In this document: positions 34,658 to 42,904 of the stretch, piece by piece
Numbering within the stretch: position 1 is the first letter of the stretch
How the letters are laid out: each line of letters opens with the position of its first letter
From: an archaeon
GTDB lineage: Archaea > Micrarchaeota > Micrarchaeia > Anstonellales > Bilamarchaeaceae
Length of the DNA: 64,000 bases
NCBI GenBank assembly: GCA_020053355.1
Contig: JAGVNI010000019.1
Span: 7,707 to 71,706, forward strand
Direction: 5' to 3'
Program-made: the position numbers and the translations under genes
The notes under the pieces: generated by a model
What the model saw: the letters and a program-made list of their open reading frames with translations, nothing else
Told to the model about the DNA's origin: nothing
Databases searched by the model: none

Positions 34658-35086
34658 ATGCTCACCATTTTCACCGACGGAGCTTCGCTTGGCAATCCCG
34701 GCCCGATGGGAATCGGCATCGTCATTTACCGTGACGGGATAATCGTGGAGGAGCTCAGCGAGTTCATCGGGGTGGGCACCAACAACGTGGCCGAATACAC
34801 CGCGGTCATCAAGGCGCTCGAGACCGTGCACAGCATGGGCGAGATGGAGGCGCACGTGAAAAGCGACAGCCAACTCATCGTCCGGCAGCTGAATGGCGAG
34901 TACAAGGTGAAGGACCCGGACCTCCGGCCGCTGCATGAACGGGTCGTGCACCTTTGCAAGGGGATAAAAGTCCATTTCGAGCACATCCCACGCGAGCACA
35001 ACAGCGAGGCGGATGCTCTCTCCAAAGAGGGCGCGGAAATAGGAAAGAGAAGGAATGGGGCTGGAAAGCCAGGGGCCAGGGCATGA
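34658..35086 (+). CDS. rnhA: Ribonuclease HI
   Basis: 142 aa. FTDGAS, NNVAEY, SDSQL, NSEAD carry the DEDD catalytic residues in canonical order. Confidence 0.85.
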   Translation: MLTIFTDGASLGNPGPMGIGIVIYRDGIIVEELSEFIGVGTNNVAEYTAVIKALETVHSMGEMEAHVKSDSQLIVRQLNGEYKVKDPDLRPLHERVVHLCKGIKVHFEHIPREHNSEADALSKEGAEIGKRRNGAGKPGARA

Positions 35087-36240
35087 AAATCACTCAAAAT
35101 CCTGAACTCGGCAGGTACATGACATTCGAGCTTTCAAAAGAGAAGCCGGTCCACGGATGGTTCTGGTACAAGGAGGGTTATGCGCCTGAATTGGTGGAAT
35201 GGGCCCTCAAGACCGAGCAGGAGACGGCAGGAAGGAGGCCGGAGGCGGTCCTGGACCCGTTCTGCGGCGTGGGGACGACCCTGCTCACAGCCAAGGAGTT
35301 GGGCATCGCTTCGGCGGGAGTGGACGCATCGACGCTCGCTGCGTTCGTCTCGCGGGCAAAGACGGACGATTATGACAATGCGGACATCGAATCCGCCCTC
35401 GCGTTTTTACAAAAAAAGCTGGATTACCGCTCGGCCGAGAGGCTGGACTGGCCCTTCGAGCTGTTTTCCACCAAGGCGGCATTCCCGAAAAGGAACCATA
35501 CCGAGATACTTGCGCTTAGGGAGGCGATTGAGAACGAGGAGGGGAGGGCGCGAAACCTGCTGCTGCTTGCGCTGCTCTCCATACTGCCCCAATCAAGCAT
35601 CATCCTGAAAGACGGCGGGGTGCTGAAAATCGACAAGAGCAAACGCGCGCTTCCTGCCCGGGAGATATTCAAGAGGAAGGTGAAACGCATGGCGCGGGAA
35701 CTTGTTGGCCGGCCGCAGGGCCATGTGCCGAGGGTTTTCCTAGGCGATGCGAGGGCGCTGGACATAGGCGGCGGGGAGGTGGATTTGGTCATGACATCCC
35801 CCCCTTACCTGAACAACATCGACTATTCCAAGATTTACGGGCTTGAACTCAGCCTGCTGGCGATGAGCAAGGCTGAAGCCGAGGAGGTCCGGATGCGCGC
35901 CATCCGCTCCTTCATAGGACGGAGGATGGACGTCGGGGAGATGCCGCCTGAAGTCGGCGATGCTGGCCTGCGGATTCCGATTGTCGGGACGTATTTCAAG
36001 GACATGGAATCCTGCATCACGGAGATGTTCCGCGTGCTTTCCCCCGGCGGGGCCGCGTATGTGAACGTGTCCAACTCGGTCATCCACGAGACGCACGTGA
36101 TTGTGGACGAGGTTTTCGCGCAGATGGCTGAACGGATTGGATTCGCCGAAACGGAAATAGTGGTCGGGGCCGAGCGCATCGCGGATGTCCGGCCGCAGAA
36201 AGTGAAAACGAGGGAGAGCGTAGTCATAATGAGGAAGTGA
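35083..36240 (+). CDS. SAM-dependent DNA (N6-A/N4-C type) methyltransferase, no adjacent endonuclease
   Basis: ATG 35083 overlaps the rnhA stop (ATGA). Motif I LDPFCGVGTTLL, motif IV VMTSPPYLNNIDY. Confidence 0.7.
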   Translation: MKITQNPELGRYMTFELSKEKPVHGWFWYKEGYAPELVEWALKTEQETAGRRPEAVLDPFCGVGTTLLTAKELGIASAGVDASTLAAFVSRAKTDDYDNADIESALAFLQKKLDYRSAERLDWPFELFSTKAAFPKRNHTEILALREAIENEEGRARNLLLLALLSILPQSSIILKDGGVLKIDKSKRALPAREIFKRKVKRMARELVGRPQGHVPRVFLGDARALDIGGGEVDLVMTSPPYLNNIDYSKIYGLELSLLAMSKAEAEEVRMRAIRSFIGRRMDVGEMPPEVGDAGLRIPIVGTYFKDMESCITEMFRVLSPGGAAYVNVSNSVIHETHVIVDEVFAQMAERIGFAETEIVVGAERIADVRPQKVKTRESVVIMRK

Positions 36241-36244
36241 TTCT

Positions 36245-37435
36245 ATGGCACAAACCCAGGTACATCCGCAGCAGGGACCGAATCCGTTCCAGCAGATGCC
36301 TCTTATGGGGCAGCAGACGCCACAGCAGGTGGCAATCAACGGTTACTTGGGAATCGACCCCGCCCTGATGGCGCAGATTACGAGCCATGTCCAGAGGCCG
36401 CCGAATAATGCCTCGCCGGCCCAGCAGCTCGCGGCCGTCCAAAGCCTTTTCGACGTGCTTAGGCACGGCGGAACGCTAGGGCTGAGATGGCAGGATGGCA
36501 CCGGAAGGGAACCGAGGAGCCCATCTGACACATTACGGGCGCGGGGCGGGGACTGCGACGAGATGTCCACCCTATTTTATGCAGCCGCAAGGCAGCTGGG
36601 CATTGATGTTAGCGGATTCAGGCTCTCAACGATGACACTGGTGTCCGGGGGGGCACGGGTTGAACACGCACCGCTGCTCCTTGAGATGGGCGGAAGCAAG
36701 TACATAGTGGACCCCGTGATGCCCCGGATAGTCCCGGTTAGGGATTTCAACGACGCCACGCTAATCGGCATCCTTGGCCCGTATTTCCATCTGAGCGGCC
36801 AAGGTCCCAGCGCGGCGACAACCCCGGTCACGATACAGGATAGGAACGACTTCACGGGCGCGGCCGACATCGCGTCGGTGGAGCTGCTCCAGCGCGCTGT
36901 CCGCAACTCCCTTCTTGGCACGTCGGCCGGGACGGCATCTGCGAGAAGGGATTTGGAACGCATCGCCGCAATCGGCTCGAGCACGCCGATTATCACCAGG
37001 CAGCGGGATACCGTCGCCCAGAATTTGTTTCTCGCATATTTCAATGGGGCGGACAATGCGTTCACCGGCGGAGCGAGGGGCGCGCCGGTTGTGAAAGGGT
37101 ATTCCGACGCCCTCGCAATCATCGGGCTTGTGCCGTCTATTGCGAACGCGAATGAAGCGAGGATATACAGGACACACGGCGGACTGGGCCTCTGCTTCAA
37201 AAGTCAGGGCAGGCCTGCAGAGGCGCGGGCCGAGTTTTCCGCGCAGATAAGGATGAGGCCTGCCGACCCCGTCGGTTACCGTAATTTAATCAACCTCGAA
37301 TACGGCTTGGGGAACCGCCAGGGGGCAATCGCCGCATGCGATGCCGCCCTTCAAGGCATCCCGCAGGGCCCGGACTACAATGCCATCCAGGCGTTCAGGG
37401 CGCAGCTTGTGGCGAAGGGCACGAAAAAACCATAG
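36245..37435 (+). CDS. Transglutaminase-like cysteine-protease-fold protein with Q/P-rich N-terminus and C-terminal TPR-like repeats
   Basis: GGDCDEMSTLFYAAA (Cys), EHAPLLLEMGGSKYIVDP (His/Asp). TPR-like helices near the C-terminus. 4-nt gap after the methyltransferase. Confidence 0.6.
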   Translation: MAQTQVHPQQGPNPFQQMPLMGQQTPQQVAINGYLGIDPALMAQITSHVQRPPNNASPAQQLAAVQSLFDVLRHGGTLGLRWQDGTGREPRSPSDTLRARGGDCDEMSTLFYAAARQLGIDVSGFRLSTMTLVSGGARVEHAPLLLEMGGSKYIVDPVMPRIVPVRDFNDATLIGILGPYFHLSGQGPSAATTPVTIQDRNDFTGAADIASVELLQRAVRNSLLGTSAGTASARRDLERIAAIGSSTPIITRQRDTVAQNLFLAYFNGADNAFTGGARGAPVVKGYSDALAIIGLVPSIANANEARIYRTHGGLGLCFKSQGRPAEARAEFSAQIRMRPADPVGYRNLINLEYGLGNRQGAIAACDAALQGIPQGPDYNAIQAFRAQLVAKGTKKP

Positions 37436-37488
37436 GAACCGGGAAGGTTGTTAAAACCGTTGCTGAAAATGCGTAGAGGGAGAGACAA

Positions 37489-38682
37489 ATGCTCATTGGC
37501 ATAGTTGGAAAACCATCTACAGGGAAAAGCACGTTCTTCATGGCCGCGACGTCAGTGCCGGTCGAGCGCTCGCCCCGCCCATTCACGACAATCAAGCCGA
37601 ACCGGGCGGTGGCGTACGTGGAAGTGGAATGCGTGGACAAGGAGTTCGGGAAGCAGTGCAACCCGAGAAGCGGCTTCTGCGCGAACGGAAGGCGGTTCGT
37701 GCCGGTCGAGCTTCTGGATGTCGCCGGCCTGGTCCCCGGAGCCCACGAAGGCAAGGGCCTGGGCAACAAGTTCCTCGATGATTTGCGGCAGGCGGACGTG
37801 CTGGTCCATATCGTCGATGCGAGCGGCTCGACAAACGAGATGGGCGAGAAGGTGCCGATCGGCAGCTACGACCCATGCAACGACGTCCGGTTCCTCGAGC
37901 AGGAGCTGGACTACTGGATAAAGGGCATACTCGACAAGAACTGGGAGAAGCTCGTGCGTGAGGCCAAGCTCAATAAAAAGAAGAACGAGGATTTCCTGGC
38001 AGACCAGTTCAGCGGCCTCGGCATGACGAAAGACATAATCGGACGCGTCCTCAAGGAGCTGAAACTCGACGAAAAAAGCCTCCTCGATTGGAGCGCTGAC
38101 GAGCGCCTCGGATTCTGCAAGAAAATCCGCCAGATAGGAAAGCCGATAATCATAGCCGCGAACAAGTGCGACCTCTCGAGCGGATGGGACAACTACCAGA
38201 AAATTCGGAAAACGTTCCCGGAGTATTTGGTGATTGCATGCTCGGCGGAAGCCGAGATAACGCTCAAGGGAGCCGCAAAGGCCAGCTTCATAGAATACAT
38301 CCCCGGCGACAAGGAATTCAAGGTCAAGGCCGACCTGAACCCGGAGCAGCGCAAAGCCATGGACATCATGAAGGCGGTCTGCGACAAATACGAGGGGACC
38401 GGCATCCAGAAATGCCTGAATGCGGCTGTGTTCGACTTTTTGCATTACATCGCGATTTTCCCCGGAGGGGTCGGGAAACTGGAGGATTCGGAGGGGCGCG
38501 TCCTTCCGGACTGCTTCCTGCTGCCGCCTAAGACGACCGCGCTGGATTTCGCCTTCAAGCTTCATTCGGACATCGGGCGGGGGTTCATCAAGGCCATCGA
38601 CGTAAAAACACGCCAGGCAGTCGGGAAGGAGCACGCCCTCCACCACAGGGACGTAATCGAGATAGTGTTCAAGAAACCTTAG
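37489..38682 (+). CDS. Obg-like GTPase/ATPase (YchF/OLA1-DRG class) with C-terminal TGS-like domain
   Basis: 397 aa. G1 GKPSTGKST, G3 DVAGLV, G4 NKCD. C-terminal DVIEIVF TGS-like end. Confidence 0.75.
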   Translation: MLIGIVGKPSTGKSTFFMAATSVPVERSPRPFTTIKPNRAVAYVEVECVDKEFGKQCNPRSGFCANGRRFVPVELLDVAGLVPGAHEGKGLGNKFLDDLRQADVLVHIVDASGSTNEMGEKVPIGSYDPCNDVRFLEQELDYWIKGILDKNWEKLVREAKLNKKKNEDFLADQFSGLGMTKDIIGRVLKELKLDEKSLLDWSADERLGFCKKIRQIGKPIIIAANKCDLSSGWDNYQKIRKTFPEYLVIACSAEAEITLKGAAKASFIEYIPGDKEFKVKADLNPEQRKAMDIMKAVCDKYEGTGIQKCLNAAVFDFLHYIAIFPGGVGKLEDSEGRVLPDCFLLPPKTTALDFAFKLHSDIGRGFIKAIDVKTRQAVGKEHALHHRDVIEIVFKKP

Positions 38683-39991
38683 CATTGCGCCTGCAGAATT
38701 CCAGGTCCTCGGCTTTGCTGGTTTCGAACATCTTCTTGTATGCCCCGCCTTTTATCCAGAAAAACAGGATACCGGGAATCGTAGCAAGGGCAACTGCCGG
38801 AATGATGAGAAGAACCAGGAGTTGCATCAACACGGTGTTCCGGAAGAGGAGCCGGAAGCAGTTTTCCTTTTCATCATGGACACATACCGATTTTGCCAGC
38901 AGGGAGAAGGGGGGAAAGGCCGCGAGAAGCGGGTGGACGATTAGCAAATCCTTTCCGCGCAGCCGCCATATCATCCGGAGCATTTCCGTCATGAGCCGCC
39001 CCGGCGATGCGTAGCGTATCTGTCCGGAGAAAACTTCGGCGCGCACGACCTCCCGGGGAAGCGGGCCGGAGGCAACCTTCTCCTTGTCCATATCCCCCAA
39101 AATGAGGATGGCGCCCGAATCGTGGGGCGGATTCCCGGCCTTGGGGATTTCGAAGCTTTTTCGAATCCCGTCTGATTTTCCCAGGCGGCCTGCCAGGAAA
39201 TCCAGGTAAGCGTTGAAAAATGCCGAAATGAAATCCGCCGAATGGAGCAAGCTGAGGAAGAAGATGCTCTTGGAGAGAAGAAAGCCCTGGATGAGCAGGA
39301 ATGAACCGAGGTTTCCCGTAGCCGAGGTATGGACAAGGGAGTTCCGGAGATAATAGTAATGCCTCCGGGTTTCTATTTCCGGATAGAACGGATGGTGAAT
39401 GACTATCCCGGGGTCGTTGTAGAGTTCGGCAAGACGCGCCAGCCTGGACGGGAATTCGATGTCCTCGTTCATGAAGAAGAACGGGGCGAAATAGAAGCCG
39501 GCCTTTTCGAAGATGCACCGGTGTATCATGAAATAATGGTTGGAGTGCACGACTTTGGCGCCGCTTGTGTAATAGCCGGCCACGACTAGCCTGCCCTTGC
39601 GGGCATTGCTCCTGAAAAAGCCGATGCTTCCGGATGACGGAATCGCGTCGTCATCCGCCTGGATGATGTAATCGTAACCGGCGGCGAACGCATGTTTCGC
39701 GCCTTCCTTGAATCCCCCCGCCGGGCCGATGTTCTCGAAGCGTAACAACTCAATCCCGAGGGAGGGGAATTCTTCTTGCGCCCATGCAAGTTGCATCTTG
39801 CCGGTGTTCACGATTATCACTTTATCAGGGAAGTCGGTCCCGCCGGAAATGGCCTTGAGGCTGGCCCTAAGCCGGTCAGGCTTGTCGAAAGTCAGGATGA
39901 CCACAGCGATTGTCGGGACTCCCATCCCGCGTGCTACTTGCTTCATAGGATGCCCTTGCCCCAAAGAGGATGAATGATACCGTTCGGCCAT
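38669..39991 (-). CDS. Family-2 glycosyltransferase with C-terminal membrane region
   Basis: VVILTFDKPDRL..., GPAGGFKEG, IIQADDDAIP (DxD-like). Hydrophobic C-terminal third. The start may be the internal ATG at 39946. Confidence 0.7.
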   Translation of the reverse strand: MAERYHSSSLGQGHPMKQVARGMGVPTIAVVILTFDKPDRLRASLKAISGGTDFPDKVIIVNTGKMQLAWAQEEFPSLGIELLRFENIGPAGGFKEGAKHAFAAGYDYIIQADDDAIPSSGSIGFFRSNARKGRLVVAGYYTSGAKVVHSNHYFMIHRCIFEKAGFYFAPFFFMNEDIEFPSRLARLAELYNDPGIVIHHPFYPEIETRRHYYYLRNSLVHTSATGNLGSFLLIQGFLLSKSIFFLSLLHSADFISAFFNAYLDFLAGRLGKSDGIRKSFEIPKAGNPPHDSGAILILGDMDKEKVASGPLPREVVRAEVFSGQIRYASPGRLMTEMLRMIWRLRGKDLLIVHPLLAAFPPFSLLAKSVCVHDEKENCFRLLFRNTVLMQLLVLLIIPAVALATIPGILFFWIKGGAYKKMFETSKAEDLEFCRRNAKVS

Positions 39992-40098
39992 ATAAAACTT
40001 GCTGGCATATCAGCGCGCAACCCGGGTCGGCAGGATTCCGAAGGAAAGGCGGGGGGATGGTTTATAAGCGCGCATGAGATAGGAATCGGGGATGCAGT

Positions 40099-40401
40099 AT
40101 GGATTTCGACCTCATAACGTCTGTGAACCTGTTCTTGTGCGTACTGATAATTTTGGCAGGATATCTCGCCTATAAAAAAGACAATGGGGCCGCATGGCTC
40201 TACCTTGCGCTGGCATTCTCGCTTTTCGGGCTGTCGCATGTCGTGACTTTGGCGGGCGCGGCAGAATCGCTCTATGACCCGATGGTGGTAATACGCGCCT
40301 TGGGCTACCTGCTCGTCCTCTTCGCGATATTCAAGGGAACCGCGAAGGTCGCATTGACGACGGTAGCAGAAGCGCCGAAACCCTCAAGAAGGAAGAGATG
40401 A
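40099..40401 (+). CDS. Small 3-TM membrane protein
   Basis: 100 aa, three hydrophobic helices, basic C-terminus. Confidence 0.45.
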   Translation: MDFDLITSVNLFLCVLIILAGYLAYKKDNGAAWLYLALAFSLFGLSHVVTLAGAAESLYDPMVVIRALGYLLVLFAIFKGTAKVALTTVAEAPKPSRRKR

Positions 40402-40414
40402 GCAGGGCATCCTG

Positions 40415-40819
40415 ATGATAATCGTCCTTTCGACTTATCCGGACAAGTCAAGCGCGCAAAAGGCCGCGGCGGACCTGGTGGAACGCAGGCTCGCCGCATG
40501 CGTCAGCATCATCCCCATAGAGTGTTCGGTCTACAGGTGGAAGGGAAAGATAGAGAAGCGCTCCGAACGCCTCCTCTTAATCAAGACAGGCAAGAGCGCG
40601 TATTCGGCCGTTGAAAGGAGGATAAAGGAGACGCACCCGCATCGCGTCCCGGAAATCGTGTATGTCACCGTGGACCGGGGGAACCGGGATTACCTTGGCT
40701 GGGTCGAAACCTCGACAAGGCTTTTCAGGCTGCCGCTTGATTTGAGGGAAACGATGCGGGACTCCGCCCCGTCCAGGGAGCATAAGAGGGCCAGGAAACC
40801 CAGGACTTTATCAAGGTAG
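40415..40819 (+). CDS. cutA: CutA1 divalent-cation tolerance protein with a C-terminal extension
   Basis: MIIVLSTYPDKSSAQKAAADLVERRLAACVSI...YRWKGKIE...YLGWV is the CutA signature. The ~30-aa tail overlaps the convergent gene. Confidence 0.75.
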   Translation: MIIVLSTYPDKSSAQKAAADLVERRLAACVSIIPIECSVYRWKGKIEKRSERLLLIKTGKSAYSAVERRIKETHPHRVPEIVYVTVDRGNRDYLGWVETSTRLFRLPLDLRETMRDSAPSREHKRARKPRTLSR

Positions 40820-41043
40820 TCGCGCTCGCAGCGCAGGATGCCCCTCATCCGGGTTTTTTCAAAACTGACCAGCTTCAGGGCTGCATATGATAGCCCCAGC
40901 TCGCCGAAGAATTTCAATGCCTCGGAATAAAGCGCCCTTTTCAGGGGCTCTTCGTCCATCTGGGGGCCGCGGAGCTCGAAAAGGATGTAACGCTTCTTCA
41001 GCGCGCGCGCTTTCGTCATGAGTTGGGATTGGCTGAAAGCCAA
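40690..41043 (-). CDS. rnp2: RNase P protein component 2 (Pop5/Rpp14 homolog)
   Basis: 117 aa. KRYILFEL...ALYSEALKFFGELG...LRCERDYLDKVLGFLAL matches archaeal Pop5. Confidence 0.7.
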   Translation of the reverse strand: MAFSQSQLMTKARALKKRYILFELRGPQMDEEPLKRALYSEALKFFGELGLSYAALKLVSFEKTRMRGILRCERDYLDKVLGFLALLCSLDGAESRIVSLKSSGSLKSLVEVSTQPR

Positions 41044-41084
41044 TTAAATATCTTAGCACCAATCATGGCATTGGAGGTTATCAT

Positions 41085-41666
41085 ATGTTCAAGCCTGATT
41101 TTCATTTCCCGCCATTATTGAGGAAGCTGAAGCGCGGGGGGCCTGCGGTCACCCTTCCAAAGGATGCCGGCCAGGTGATAGCTTATACAGGGCTGGGGAA
41201 GGACTCGCGCGTCATTGAACTCGGCTCAGGAAGCGGGTTCATGACGGTCCAGATGGCCAATATCGCGAAAGAGGTCGTTTCCTATGAGAAGAGGAAGGAG
41301 TTCCTCGAAATCGCAGAGGCGAACGTATTGCGGGCCGGCCTTACGAATGTGACATTCAGGCTCCACGACGTCCTGCACGGCATAGAAGAGAAGGACGAAA
41401 GCTGGGACCTTGTCTTCTGCGACATCGCCGAAGCCGAAAAAGCCGCGCCGATGGCTTATGCGGCCCTCAGGAAGAACGGATACATGGCTGCGCACTGCCT
41501 GCAGTCAGAGCAGGCGAAAGCGCTGCACCTGGAATGCCAGAAGCAGTTTGCCGAGGTCTTCACGACCGAATGCATAATGCGCGAGTTCGAGGTGCGCGAA
41601 TTCGGGTTCCGTCCGGCGCATTTCGGGCTGATGCACACGGCATACTTGGTGTTCGCACGGAAATGA
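41085..41666 (+). CDS. trmI: tRNA (adenine-N1)-methyltransferase TrmI/Gcd14-like
   Basis: 193 aa. RVIELGSGSGFMTVQMA SAM motif and DLVFCDI motif. The size fits short archaeal TrmI. Confidence 0.6.
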   Translation: MFKPDFHFPPLLRKLKRGGPAVTLPKDAGQVIAYTGLGKDSRVIELGSGSGFMTVQMANIAKEVVSYEKRKEFLEIAEANVLRAGLTNVTFRLHDVLHGIEEKDESWDLVFCDIAEAEKAAPMAYAALRKNGYMAAHCLQSEQAKALHLECQKQFAEVFTTECIMREFEVREFGFRPAHFGLMHTAYLVFARK

Positions 41667-41712
41667 TGCCGGGGCATCCTATAAAAAATCTTTTCGCAGA
41701 ACTCTCCCCCAC

Positions 41713-41994
41713 GTGATAAGTATGGCAGAAGTGGAAATCAAGAACGACTCAAAGACGGTCAAGGTTGCCGACGGCTCGCTCCTTGCCGAACTGGATGGCA
41801 AATGCTCGATTCTCTTCGCATGCAAGGCCGGAAGCTGCGGCTCGTGCAAGGTCAAGGTAGTGTCCGGAATGGAGAATCTGGAAGCCCCGAACGACATCGA
41901 ACAGGCAGGCCTTGCCACATTCGGCGGCGACCCGACGGAGCGACTTCCCTGCGTCTGCAAGATAAAGAAGGGCAAGGTCGTTGTCGAATATTAG
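41713..41994 (+). CDS. 2Fe-2S ferredoxin-like protein
   Basis: 93 aa. CKAGSCGSCKVKV...LPCVCK gives the plant-type C-x4-C-x2-C...C pattern. Confidence 0.75.
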   Translation: MISMAEVEIKNDSKTVKVADGSLLAELDGKCSILFACKAGSCGSCKVKVVSGMENLEAPNDIEQAGLATFGGDPTERLPCVCKIKKGKVVVEY

Positions 41995-42099
41995 TTTTTT
42001 ATTTCATTCATATTCAAGTATTCTGTTCATTCGTTCCGGAGATTTTCTCAGGAAGTTTGATAGAAAATTTACCCGGAGTAGTTCCGGAGGAAATTTTCT

Positions 42100-42223
42100 G
42101 CAGGAGTAGCGAAGCGGTCAAACGTGACAGACTCAAGATCGGTTTGACTAGTTCCCCTTTCAATCGGGAATTGGGAAATCTGTTGGCCTAGCGCCTTCGA
42201 AGGTTCAAATCCTTCCTCCTGCA
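42100..42223 (+). tRNA. tRNA-Leu(CAA) with a ~40-nt canonical intron
   Basis: Acceptor GCAGGAG/CTCCTGC plus discriminator A. D-loop AGCGGTCAAA. Anticodon stem ACAGA/TCTGT with loop CTCAAG, then the intron (about 42138-42177). Long variable arm. T-arm GAAGG-TTCAAAT-CCTTC. Confidence 0.8.
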
Positions 42224-42237
42224 ATTCCGAAGGGATT

Positions 42238-42277
42238 GCAGGGACCTTGAACGCAAGTTCAAGCATCCCTGCTTTTT
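42238..42277 (+). terminator. Hairpin plus T5 tract downstream of tRNA-Leu
   Basis: GCAGGGA...TCCCTGC stem enclosing CTTGAAC..GTTCAAG, followed by TTTTT. Confidence 0.45.
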
Positions 42278-42323
42278 CTTCCTCCCGCTTCAAGGCTCCA
42301 TGCGTGCGCGCCCGCCAGCGTCC

Positions 42324-42824
42324 TTAATCATCTGGTGTTGGGTGGGGGGTTGGCATTTTATTGCGGGATGGGGCGGCGGGAGGCTTGCCGTCGAGAGCCT
42401 TGAGGGCCATTTTATTGTCGCTGCACCCCAGGACAAGGAATGCCTCAGATGATGAAAGGCGGCCAAGGTATGCATAATTGATGGAAATGCCGCAGTCGCC
42501 GATTTTTCTTGAGATGCCTGCGATAGTGCCGACTTCGTTTTCCACATGAAGGACGAGAACCTCCTTTTCTTTTGCATGGATATTGAAGCGTTCGAACGCA
42601 TCCCGGGCTTTTTTCAAATCACCCTTGGGTATTATCAAGACCCCGCGGTTCCCGCAATCGATATTTGGAAGGTTTGGAAGGATTGCCACATCGAGCCCGA
42701 TAGTATCGAGCATCCGGTAAATCTGAGCCACTCTTGGGTATGAGCAACCCGTAAACGACAATTCCGCCATAATCCTTTTTTCCATAAAACCAACCTCAAC
42801 TGGAACTATAGTCTGTTTTGGCAA
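42324..42824 (-). CDS. ACT-domain protein (paralog of 1232-1642)
   Basis: EVLVLHVENEVGTIAGISRKIGDCGISINYAY...VLGCSDNKMALKAL parallels the other ACT protein. The start may be the internal MEKRIM. Confidence 0.6.
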   Translation of the reverse strand: MPKQTIVPVEVGFMEKRIMAELSFTGCSYPRVAQIYRMLDTIGLDVAILPNLPNIDCGNRGVLIIPKGDLKKARDAFERFNIHAKEKEVLVLHVENEVGTIAGISRKIGDCGISINYAYLGRLSSSEAFLVLGCSDNKMALKALDGKPPAAPSRNKMPTPHPTPDD

Positions 42825-42904
42825 AAAGCAGATATTTATAATTTCTATATCTATTTTTTGACAAAGGCATAATAATATATAGAAAAAACGTATAATAATA
42901 AAAA
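42825..42904. promoter_or_regulatory. AT-rich divergent promoter region between the ACT gene and the dual-Lrp gene
   Basis: About 80 nt of nearly pure A/T with several TATA-like boxes (atatttataat, ataataatatata, tataataataaaaa). Confidence 0.5.

Noticed and set aside
34607-35082. Upstream extensions of the bPH-domain ORF (to 34999, minus strand) and of the methyltransferase ORF (from 34954, plus strand)
   Set aside because: Both extensions overlap the well-supported rnhA gene. Internal ATGs at 34606 and 35083 give sensible N-termini and, for the methyltransferase, an ATGA junction with rnhA.
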